A DNA stretch of 64,000 nt, from NCBI GenBank assembly GCA_052148155.1, contig JBKQIY010000188.1:26090-90089 (forward strand), read 5' to 3'. The notes beneath the pieces are model-generated. The model did not search any database, had not been told where the DNA came from, and saw only the letters and a list, made by a program, of their open reading frames with translations. Of the stretch, positions 22,319 through 30,354 are shown piece by piece. Numbering within the stretch: the stretch's first letter is position 1; each line of letters starts with the position of its first letter. Made by a program: the position numbers and the translations under genes. Source of the stretch: Acidimicrobiia bacterium. GTDB lineage: Bacteria; Actinomycetota; Acidimicrobiia; IMCC26256; PALSA-610.

Positions 22319-22461
22319 GCGGCCGCCTGCTGCGATCCGGTGTCCTCGATCGGCGCCTCGGCTTCGAGGTCGGGTCCGATGATGCGCTCGCACGCGTGGA
22401 CGAACACGACAGCCACGGCGAAGAAGGCGACGAGTATCGCTAGGAATAGGACGTCGGCCAA
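22315..22461 (-). CDS. Unannotated small hydrophobic peptide (48 aa), start/stop-coupled to kdpF
   Basis: Below the track length cut-off. TTG 22461 is preceded by GAGAGG 8 nt upstream. Translation: [48 protein letters not shown]. Its TGA overlaps the kdpF GTG (GTGA). Confidence 0.5.
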   Translation of the reverse strand: MADVLFLAILVAFFAVAVVFVHACERIIGPDLEAEAPIEDTGSQQAAA

Positions 22462-22877
22462 GACGGGGCCTCTCTGTCGGCGCGTGCGCGCGGGTCTGTG
22501 ATGGTCCAGCGGCGAGCGAGTTCGTCACCCACGAGCCGCGCAACCGCGATGGCGTCTTCGCGTGATTCGGGTGGCAGCGCGACGCCGCACGTGGACACGT
22601 GAGGCACGAGCACGAACCGTCCGAGGGTCAGCGCGCCGTACCGCACTGGAAGCTCGACCCCATGCGTCGACTGCCAGCTGGTGTAGGGCCGGGTGCCGGG
22701 CTCCGCCGCGGGAATCATGATGCGGCCGGGTTCGATGCGGGGAAGCAGCGCGTCGAAAGGAAATGGCTCGAACCAGCATGCGCGCAGGCCGAGACGTGCC
22801 TTGAACTCGTCCGCAACGTCGGTGACGAGGTTTCGGGGCGAGTCCGCATGCTGGGTCGAATTCGTCGGCGGGTGCAC
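22440..22877 (-). CDS. Soluble GAF-like protein, paralogous to the C-terminus of the 17037-17801 protein
   Basis: 145 aa. It aligns by eye with the tail of the DUF4118 protein (LGLRACWFE/FGLVDCAFE; GVELPVRYGALTLGRFVLV/GVELPVVGRGRAFGRLVLF; AVARLVGDELA/AVAIADELG). It is the first gene of the kdp transcription unit. Confidence 0.6.
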   Translation of the reverse strand: MHPPTNSTQHADSPRNLVTDVADEFKARLGLRACWFEPFPFDALLPRIEPGRIMIPAAEPGTRPYTSWQSTHGVELPVRYGALTLGRFVLVPHVSTCGVALPPESREDAIAVARLVGDELARRWTITDPRARADREAPSWPTSYS

Positions 22878-23177
22878 GCCTTCTTGTACGCCCGGACGCC
22901 TCGAGAAACCCGGGCCCTCACGTTCTTTTTGCGCGGGACGCTCGAATCATCACGCACTCTTAACGGGGTGGGCCGAGGTCCGGTTCCGCCGTGATTGCGA
23001 TCGCGAGCGCGTCTCATCGAACAGAGCATGCGCGGGTTCGTGCTCACGGCCGACGTCGCAAACGTGCTGCTTAAGGCCTTATCTCCGAAGTGGAGCAAGA
23101 GAGTGAATTGCGTGGGAGGTCATGCCGGACGATAACGTATTCTTCGTCCGTTGTTCTCGAAACGAACAGGATCTTGG

Positions 23178-23663
23178 ATGCCCGCCCCGAAAAAGGCTGC
23201 GAAGAAGGCCGCGCGGAAACCCGCGAAGAAGGCGACCAGAAAGGTGTCCAAGGCTGCTGGGCAACGCAAGCTCAGTCCGGCGCACAAGCGAGCATTGGCT
23301 GAGGGTCGCACGATGTCCGCGGTTGTCGATCGGTATCTGTCCGCGGTGAACACCCCCAAACGGAGGGGCCGGAAGGTGTCGAAGGCGGCGCTCCAACATC
23401 GTCTCACCGACTCGCGCGCGAGGGTCAAGTCGGCTTCGGGTGTCGACAAAGTTCTTGCCGCGCAAGAGGTTCGTGACCTCGAGGTCCGAATCGCCAACAT
23501 AGAGACTGCTTCCGGAGACGACAGCAAAAGCCTCGAAACCGCGTTCGTGAAGATCGCCCGACGGTTTGGCGACAACCGGGGCATCGGATATGGCGCGTGG
23601 CGAGACGCTGGCGTTCCCGCGGTCGTGTTGAAAAAGGCCGGAGTCGCGCGCACTCGAGGCTGA
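23178..23663 (+). CDS. Lys/Ala-rich basic protein (possible nucleoid-associated protein), hypothetical
   Basis: MPAPKKAAKKAARKPAKKATRKVSKAAG is an H1-like tail. It is followed by a helical region and the C-terminal sequence GIGYGAWRDAGVPAVVLKKAGV. TTG 23151 is an alternative start. Confidence 0.65.
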   Translation: MPAPKKAAKKAARKPAKKATRKVSKAAGQRKLSPAHKRALAEGRTMSAVVDRYLSAVNTPKRRGRKVSKAALQHRLTDSRARVKSASGVDKVLAAQEVRDLEVRIANIETASGDDSKSLETAFVKIARRFGDNRGIGYGAWRDAGVPAVVLKKAGVARTRG

Positions 23664-24185
23664 CGAACATCGCTTCGAGACACGCGTACGGGTCATCCGC
23701 TGCGGACGGAGCCGCGTCACCTTGCCGCGCTTCCTGACGCCGCGATCGTACTCGTCCGCGTGATGCACAACACGGTCCGCGACGACGATCACGGCACTCG
23801 AGTCCCGCACAGTCGGTTCCGCTCGCCCGTGTCCTCGACCACGCCCTCGTTCTCGGAGGCGACGAGTGGCAACGCGTACGAGCTGCCGCGGAAGCGCCCT
23901 GCTCGCGTTCGGAGGCACCGTCGCGACGTCGCCGGCTCGGACTTCGACGCGGCGGATCTCGAACCTTTTCGCTCCACGGGGATCACGACCACGCAGTCGG
24001 TCATCGGCGGCTGCGGCGCCGGCGACCTCGCGGGCGGGCCGGAGCGCGTCGACTGTCGGTGAGCACTCGCGAAAATGTTCTTCCTACTGCGCCTTTGGCG
24101 CGCTCATAACCTCGGTTTGAGCAATGTGGTGTACACATCTATTCGCCAGGTCGATCGTGCCCATTCAGCCACTAGTGTGCGCTCG

Positions 24186-25025
24186 ATGTCCAGTCGCCCG
24201 CGCCGGTTCACCGCAGCGACTTCGGGCGCGGTCGTCATCGTGTGCGTCGCGCTCGCGACGCCCGCGATCGCGTTCGCGTCGAGGACGACGAGCGGCGTCG
24301 TCGTCCCGAAACTCGCGACTCGGTCGGTGACTACAAGCTGCCCGCGCGGCGAACACGTCTCTTTCGGGGGTGTGGTAGCCCAGTTCGTTGCCCCTCCCCA
24401 CTCGGGTGCAATCGTGTTGCCGGAGGAAATGCGCCGCACAGCTTCCAACCGGTGGACGGTCACCGGTACGAGTACGTCGGAGGTCACGGGGAGTCGGCTG
24501 ACGGCGGTCGCGTATTGTGACCAGGGCAGCGTGCCGTCGTCGGTCTCCAACTCGGTGTCAGTCGGAGGTTACAGGGTTGGCGCCGCCATCGCGACGTGCC
24601 CAGCCGGCACTGTCGTCGTCGGCGGGGGCTACGACTCCGACGCGTCGGCGACGCATCAGGAAATCGTGGTCCGGTTGCAGGCGTTGTCTGCGAGGCAATG
24701 GGCCGTGACGGTTCTGAACATCTCCTCCGCGGCCACGACGCTCACCGCGCTTGCGTACTGTGCACGCAGCGGCGTCGTCGCTCGCGAGTACTTCACGACG
24801 TTAAAACTGCCCTCGCACACGGGTGGAACGGCGCGCGTTACATGCCCGAAGAGCACTTCGCTCGCGTTTGGCGGCCTGCTCGCCAATTCGTCGACCTCGG
24901 GGAGCAAGACGGCGGTGATTGCACCCTTCAGCTGGACGGCGGCGTCGACGACGCAATGGGTCGTCACCGCCTACAACGCCGGCGAGGCCCCGGGAAGTCT
25001 CGACGCCTTCGCCTACTGCCGCTAA
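24186..25025 (+). CDS. Secreted protein with three tandem Cys-bracketed repeats, function unknown
   Basis: Signal peptide (AVVIVCVALATPAIAFA). Three repeats of about 75-90 aa each follow the pattern (S/T)CP-x-(G/S)...GG...(R/Q)W-(T/A/V)-VT...L-x-A-x-AYC. The track start at 24075 is an extension. Confidence 0.7.
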   Translation: MSSRPRRFTAATSGAVVIVCVALATPAIAFASRTTSGVVVPKLATRSVTTSCPRGEHVSFGGVVAQFVAPPHSGAIVLPEEMRRTASNRWTVTGTSTSEVTGSRLTAVAYCDQGSVPSSVSNSVSVGGYRVGAAIATCPAGTVVVGGGYDSDASATHQEIVVRLQALSARQWAVTVLNISSAATTLTALAYCARSGVVAREYFTTLKLPSHTGGTARVTCPKSTSLAFGGLLANSSTSGSKTAVIAPFSWTAASTTQWVVTAYNAGEAPGSLDAFAYCR

Positions 25026-25040
25026 GTCCCGCCGGACCGG

Positions 25041-25646
25041 TTAATCGCGTTTTCGCGCGTCGAGCTGCGACGATCGGTTGTCCAATGCGGCGCGTACAGC
25101 CTCGGACGCGGTTCGACCTGCTGTGCGGACGTGTGTGTGATCGCGTGTCGCGCGCGCCAGGATGAAGGCACCCTCGAGCAAGCAGAACAGTGATACAGCG
25201 AGGTTGCTTGCCTGCGTCTTGGTCAGACCGAGCTCTCGGAAGCGGCCCGCAAGGTTGGAGAGCCAGGCCTCGAACACGTCGGCGGTCGCTTGGCGCAACG
25301 GCTCACTCGTGTTCGCGACCTCGAGGGCGACGGTCGCGATCGGACACGCGTCGACGTAGTCGGTGACGAGCAGGGTGTCGGCCGCACCCTCGAAGAATCT
25401 CCTGGTCGCGGTTACCGGGTCCCCGGCAGGTTCGTAAAAGAGGTCGATGAGCTGTCCGTACAGCGCGCCCGACCATCGGATTGTCTCGGCGCCAAGCTCT
25501 TCCTTCCCGTTCGGGAAGAAGTGGTACATCGATCCGAATGGTGCGCCGGCCGACTCCACGATCTGTTTCACGCCTGTGCCGACATATCCCTGCCGGCCGA
25601 ACAGCGCCGCGCTCGCCGATATCAGCCGATCTCTGGTCGTCGACAC
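25041..25646 (-). CDS. TetR-family transcriptional regulator
   Basis: N-terminal HTH (RLISASAALFGRQGYVGTGVKQIVESAGAPFGSMYHFFPNGKEEL). About 200 aa. Divergent from the hydrolase gene. Confidence 0.9.
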   Translation of the reverse strand: MSTTRDRLISASAALFGRQGYVGTGVKQIVESAGAPFGSMYHFFPNGKEELGAETIRWSGALYGQLIDLFYEPAGDPVTATRRFFEGAADTLLVTDYVDACPIATVALEVANTSEPLRQATADVFEAWLSNLAGRFRELGLTKTQASNLAVSLFCLLEGAFILARATRDHTHVRTAGRTASEAVRAALDNRSSQLDARKRD

Positions 25647-25683
25647 GACCGGCAGTGTACCGGCAGATCCGCCCGACTAGCGC

Positions 25684-25719
25684 GATCGCTCTAGTCATCG
25701 TAGAGTGATCGCTCTAGTC
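25684..25719. promoter_or_regulatory. Candidate TetR operator (13-bp direct repeat with embedded inverted half-sites)
   Basis: GATCGCTCTAGTC occurs at 25684-25696 and again at 25707-25719. The half-sites CTCTAG/TAGAG/CTCTAG alternate in orientation, and TAGAGtGATCgCTCTA is a near-palindrome. The element lies in the 120-bp divergent intergenic region. Confidence 0.5.
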
Positions 25720-25766
25720 CAGTGTTCGTTGGGGAGGCGGCGGACCCCGCCGCGGGAGGCCGACTC

Positions 25767-26624
25767 GTGAAATCCGTGCAGTTGTCGAGCGGGGTCGTCG
25801 AGTACGAAGACAGTGGCCGAGGCCCCGTCATCGTGCTCGTCGGCGGGTTACTCATGGATGCGACCCTCTGGCGCGACGTCGTTGCGCGACTGGTTCCGAC
25901 CTTTCGATGCGTGGTCCCCGTGCTGCCGCTTGGCGGGCACCGACGATCGATGAGTCCTGACGCGGACCTTTCCCTGCATGGCATCGCCGAACTGCTTGCC
26001 GAGTTCATCGAGCGGCTCGATCTCCGTCACGTCACGCTGGTCGCGAATGACTGGGGCGGACCACAAATCACCGCGGTGCGACACCCCGAACGTCTCGCCG
26101 CGCTCGTGTTGCTCCCCGAAGAGGCATTCGACAACATTCCACCAGGCCTTCCGGGAGCCGTCGCCGGTTTCGCGGGACGTGTGCCGGGCGGGATCCTTCC
26201 TGTCGCACAAGCGTTACGCATGCCTGTCATGCGCCGACTTCCGTTCACGTTCGGATGGATGGCCAAGCGTCCGATTCCCGCTGATGTCGTCGCGAGCTGG
26301 ATCGTGGGTATCCGCACCGACCGGCGTGTACGCCGAGATGTCGCAAAATACGTACGGACGAGCGACTACACGGGGCTCGAGGCCGCGGCTGGCGAGCTCG
26401 CGCGCTTCGATCGTCCGACGCTCGTGCTTTGGGCTTCGCAGGACCGAGTCATGCCACCCGTGCACGGACGACGCTTGAGCGAAATCATCCCAGGCGCGCA
26501 GCACGTCGAGATCGACGACTCGTACACGCTGATGCCACTCGATCGTCCCGATGCAGTCGCGAACCAGATCGCGGCGTTCGTCACCGGAGTCCGCCAACGA
26601 TCGGACGCCAACGACAGCGATTGA
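25767..26624 (+). CDS. Alpha/beta hydrolase (haloalkane-dehalogenase/epoxide-hydrolase-like, Asp nucleophile)
   Basis: VIVLVGG (oxyanion region) and the nucleophile elbow LVANDWGG. GTG 25767 is preceded by GGGAGG 7 nt upstream. The track start at 25722 is possible. Confidence 0.8.
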   Translation: MKSVQLSSGVVEYEDSGRGPVIVLVGGLLMDATLWRDVVARLVPTFRCVVPVLPLGGHRRSMSPDADLSLHGIAELLAEFIERLDLRHVTLVANDWGGPQITAVRHPERLAALVLLPEEAFDNIPPGLPGAVAGFAGRVPGGILPVAQALRMPVMRRLPFTFGWMAKRPIPADVVASWIVGIRTDRRVRRDVAKYVRTSDYTGLEAAAGELARFDRPTLVLWASQDRVMPPVHGRRLSEIIPGAQHVEIDDSYTLMPLDRPDAVANQIAAFVTGVRQRSDANDSD

Positions 26625-26854
26625 AACGGGTACCGGGGCCCGGCGGGGCTCGGTGAGGTGCGGGTTCCCGGTCCGGTCCGGTTTGCTGTTGTCGTTGCGA
26701 GCACACGCGAACCGTGCTGCCCTCGATGGTGCACTGCCCGACACGCTCATGTGGACGTGGTCGAACCGGGATCTAGTGCCGCGACCGGCAACGTTCGCCC
26801 GGTCCCGGTGGTTCTCGTGGCGCACCACCACGCCCTGATGGAAGGCTGAGTCGC

Positions 26855-27403
26855 ATGCACGCAGTCGATCTCGTCTTCGCTATCGGGTGGGCAGCGTTCT
26901 GGATCTACTGGCTCGTAGCCGCCTTCTCCATGAAGAGGGGGCGCTTGGCTTGGTCTCGCGAGTTGCGTATCAGGGCGGTGATCCTCGTCCTAGTGATCCT
27001 CTTGGTTCGCTTAGGGGCCTTCCGAGGTCACGGCCTCAACTCGGATCCATGGCGCGCTGGCCTTGGGCTCATTTTCTTCGCTGTCGGCTTGGGGTTCGCC
27101 ATCTGGGCCCGCGTACACATCGGGCGGAACTGGGGCCTGCCAATGTCGCAAAAGAACGAACCCGAGTTGGTGACCAGCGGCCCCTACCGCCTGGTCCGCC
27201 ACCCCATTTACTCTGGCGTACTGCTCGCGGGCGTCGGCACTGCGGTGGCGCTGAGCTGGCAGTGGCTAATCGCCCTGGCCTTGGCCGGGCTGTACTTCGT
27301 CTACAGCGCGACTGTCGAGGAGCGCAACCTGACCACGCAGTTCCCCGACACCTACCCCGCCTATCGGCGTTCGTCCAAGATGCTCGTCCCCTTCATCTTC
27401 TAA
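26855..27403 (+). CDS. ICMT/PEMT-type membrane methyltransferase-family protein
   Basis: Polytopic membrane protein with the family signature LVTSGPYRLVRHPIYSGVLL...EERNL...YPAYRRSS. Confidence 0.8.
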   Translation: MHAVDLVFAIGWAAFWIYWLVAAFSMKRGRLAWSRELRIRAVILVLVILLVRLGAFRGHGLNSDPWRAGLGLIFFAVGLGFAIWARVHIGRNWGLPMSQKNEPELVTSGPYRLVRHPIYSGVLLAGVGTAVALSWQWLIALALAGLYFVYSATVEERNLTTQFPDTYPAYRRSSKMLVPFIF

Positions 27404-27795
27404 GCAGACTCGTCCGAGGAGCGCGTAACAATCCGTCTCGCGCCTCGACCGACCAGTCGAGAGGCTTGGCCGACGCCGACCGAATCGGCGATCCGCACCC
27501 CCTTTTTGGCTGCTCGATGGGTGACAATCAACCAGCGCAAACCTTTCCGGTCTCGGCACTAGACCCGACCACGCGTCCGTACCCTTGGTGCGCGCAGACG
27601 ATCAAAACCGCCGCGATCATCGGCGGACGCTGCGGACGCGGCGTGTGGTCTGGAACCTCGACGAGGTGAGGACGAGGTGTCGCCGCGCGAGTTTAAGGAT
27701 TCGACGAGAAAACATCGTCACGCGAACCCTTGGTGCCCGGCGAGACTTCCAGGGTTCTCGACCGCTCGACACTCGCAGCCTGAGATCGGTCTGTC

Positions 27796-28827
27796 TCACG
27801 TGTGCGCTTGTATGAGTGCGATGACGCCTCCTGCGATGCGGCCGTCTCGACCGAGCCCGACCGTGAGGACGTGCGTGATCGAAGACCCGGTGCGATGGAC
27901 GAACAGGTCGAGCGCGTCGGGGTCGCCGACCTCGGCGTACACGCTGATTGTGGTTGCGCCGTGCTGCAACGTCGTGACCGGTTGCCCGGTCGGGCTCGGC
28001 GCGTTCGGATTGTTCGGTGGCAGGAAAACCGACGCGCCATCTTTCAGTGCTGCGACGGGTGTGGGGGGCGGGAACGCGCATGGGGCGAACTCGATGTGAG
28101 GCTTGATGAGCAGGAATGCCGAGTCTGCGAGAAACGGCGATCCGCACGAAAAGGTCGGTGTGTCGACGGTCCATGACGGCGGGATGGACAGCGCGACGCT
28201 GTCCTCGGTAATGGCGTGCCAACTGGCTGGGGCCGTCTCGAGGGCCGGGTCGAGGGCGACGGTGCGAGCTGAAGGAGCGAGCGTGTCGAGGATCCGGCGT
28301 CCCAGCGTTCCGCGGGTGGCGATCTGCACGCCGAGTTGGGGAACGTCGTAGTAGTTCCAGCGGCTGGCGGGTGTCGTTCGCTGGTACACGCCGTACCCGT
28401 CGACCGTGAATGATTGCCGGCCGCTCGACGTCTGGGATGACGGAACGAGCCCGACGGCCTGGGTCGGTATCGGCCACTGGCTCGCCGGTGTGCAGTTGGC
28501 TTGGGGAAGCTTGCCGGTGCTGATCATCCCTGCCGACGCGCCGCCGATACACGAACCCTGCGTTTCGAGAATCCAGTCGCTCGGCACCCACACTCTGGCT
28601 TCGCCTTGGTCTACCGGCTCCCAACCGGTGGGTACGCCGATACCCAAGTGTGCGTTCAACTGTTCGGCCGTTACGCCGACTGCCGCAAGCAGTGTGGTCG
28701 TGATCCTGCGGTTCTTCGCGATCGTTTTCGCTGCCGATGGGTCCTTCCCGCTGCTCGAGCATCCGCTGAAACACAGCACGAGGGCACCGAACCATGCACC
28801 GACCGCGTAGGACGTCTTGTTCATCAT
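27796..28827 (-). CDS. Lipoprotein with two copies of one internal domain, function unknown
   Basis: Lipobox (ALVLCFSGC). Two related halves: GWEPVDQGEARVWVPSDWILETQGSCIGG... and SWHAITEDSVALSIPPSWTVDTPTFSCGSP.... Confidence 0.7.
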   Translation of the reverse strand: MMNKTSYAVGAWFGALVLCFSGCSSSGKDPSAAKTIAKNRRITTTLLAAVGVTAEQLNAHLGIGVPTGWEPVDQGEARVWVPSDWILETQGSCIGGASAGMISTGKLPQANCTPASQWPIPTQAVGLVPSSQTSSGRQSFTVDGYGVYQRTTPASRWNYYDVPQLGVQIATRGTLGRRILDTLAPSARTVALDPALETAPASWHAITEDSVALSIPPSWTVDTPTFSCGSPFLADSAFLLIKPHIEFAPCAFPPPTPVAALKDGASVFLPPNNPNAPSPTGQPVTTLQHGATTISVYAEVGDPDALDLFVHRTGSSITHVLTVGLGRDGRIAGGVIALIQAHT

Positions 28828-29252
28828 GGCCAGTATGACGGTGGGCTGCCGGGAATAGTTCCTCCGACGACGGCATCACCGCCTGAGTGGTCGTTTTCGC
28901 CCGGCCGCTCGGCGCGTGGGCCAACATCTTGATCCTCATGCGGGCACCGCCAGCGTTGGCACTGCGCAGGCTGGTAACCCGTGCAACACGTTCGCGAGGG
29001 CGACATCATTCTCGTCGTCACATCTCGTGGCCAGCACTGGCCTCGACCCGGGCGCGAAACCCGACCGATTCTCTCCGTTTCTCGATGACCAAGTTCGTTC
29101 GCGCTTCGTGTCGAGATGGTGTCGGTCTTGCCGTTCGAGACGGTGGCGACGCTGCATCGGAGGAAGCGGGAGCTGCAGCTGCTCGGTCAGGCCAGGGTCA
29201 CCTCGCCCCGCAAGGCGGGAACGGTGAGGGTCCCGCACTAGCGTTCGCTCCC

Positions 29253-30221
29253 ATGGCGACGTCGGTGACCGCGTGGGTCCGTTCGCGGCTCGCCCGTTCG
29301 GTCACGCTGCGAAAAGCCCGCGCGAAAGTGCGGTACACCTCATCTGCGCTGCGCTGGATCGCGAAGGATGGATCGTTCGCCGAGCTCCCCGCGGAATCGG
29401 CGGTGCACATGGCGTTCAACGTCATGTTGCGCCGCGACCCTGACACCGAGGGTCTCGAACACTTCGCTCCTCGCCTCAGCTCGGGAGAGATCACGCCCGA
29501 CGACCTGGTCGAGGAGATTCGAGGCTCCGAGGAGTACATCTACCACGCGAGCTTCAGGACCAGGTTGGGCCATTCCATACATGTTGGGCGCTGCCAGTTC
29601 ATCCAGAGCTTGCCGAAGGCTTCCCGCATTCTCGATCTTGGCGGGACGCACAAGGGAAACATCTACGGCGCGCTGGTCGCGATGGGCTATCCGTACTCGT
29701 TCGACGAGTTGGTGATCGTTGACCTCCCGGACGAGCTTCGCCATCCGATATACCGCGCTGACCGAGCACTGCGCGAAGTGAAGTCACCAGGCGGGCTCGT
29801 GCGATACCTCTATCACTCGATGGTCGACCTGTCCTTGTTTCCCGACAACTCCTTCGATCTCGTCTACTCAGGTCAGAGCATCGAGCACGTCGTCGAAGCG
29901 GACGCCGATCTTGTGCTCGAGGAGGTACATCGCGTTCTACGACCTGGCGGGTACTTCGCGCTTGATACGCCGAACGGCCGTGTGACCCGCCTGCAACAGG
30001 CCGACCTCATCGACCCCGACCACAAGATCGAATACACCTTCGAGGAGCTGTCCGCGAAGCTCACACGCGCTGGGTTCACGATCGTCGAGACGAAGGGCCT
30101 CAACTACGCCGGGGGTTCGCTGGCCCGCGGAGGATTCCGCCTCGAAGACGCCATTGGCCACCCAGGCCTTTTTTCCGAAGTCCGCGATTGTTACATCCTC
30201 ACGTTCTTGTGCTCGACCTGA
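29253..30221 (+). CDS. DUF4214-like domain plus class I SAM-dependent methyltransferase
   Basis: N-terminal FNVMLRRDPDTEGLEHFAPRLSSGEITPDDLVEEIRGSEEY matches the DUF4214 pattern. Methyltransferase motifs are ILDLGG, VIVDL, FDLVYSGQSIEHV and LRPGGYFALDTP. The start is at ATG 29253. ATG 29085 and the track start at 28887 are in-frame upstream alternatives. Confidence 0.75.
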   Translation: MATSVTAWVRSRLARSVTLRKARAKVRYTSSALRWIAKDGSFAELPAESAVHMAFNVMLRRDPDTEGLEHFAPRLSSGEITPDDLVEEIRGSEEYIYHASFRTRLGHSIHVGRCQFIQSLPKASRILDLGGTHKGNIYGALVAMGYPYSFDELVIVDLPDELRHPIYRADRALREVKSPGGLVRYLYHSMVDLSLFPDNSFDLVYSGQSIEHVVEADADLVLEEVHRVLRPGGYFALDTPNGRVTRLQQADLIDPDHKIEYTFEELSAKLTRAGFTIVETKGLNYAGGSLARGGFRLEDAIGHPGLFSEVRDCYILTFLCST

Positions 30222-30354
30222 CCGCCGACGCAGCCGATGCGTTTTCGGGCGTGGCACGAACTTAGACGGCGGTGGGTGTGATCGGACGTCGAAGGCGAGC
30301 AACCGACGGTGCGCCCGCACGGCTGTCTTGATCCAACGTTCGGGACCAACGGCC

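Noticed and set aside
22878-23177. Possible c-di-AMP (ydaO/kimA-type) riboswitch or other leader upstream of the kdp operon
   Set aside because: I could not find the paired conserved ACGGGG/CCCG-type cores of that motif in the minus-strand leader. Only a weak resemblance appears, and it is on the wrong strand. A cmscan would be decisive.
23079-23918. 279-aa minus-strand ORF covering the Lys-rich protein gene
   Set aside because: It is antisense to a plus-strand ORF with far more protein-like sequence. Its own translation is Arg/Ser-rich and of low complexity, which is a typical high-GC shadow ORF.
27617-28939. 440-aa minus-strand ORF (and 26887..27669, 28887..29252 plus-strand extensions)
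   Set aside because: It is off-frame relative to the lipoprotein gene and has an extreme Arg/Pro/His composition. The lipoprotein frame has a lipobox and internal repeats.
28887-29252. 122-codon N-terminal extension of the methyltransferase ORF
   Set aside because: The extension is of low complexity (Arg/Ala/Gly-rich) and lacks homology features. The DUF4214-like module begins shortly after ATG 29253. ATG 29085 remains a possible alternative start.
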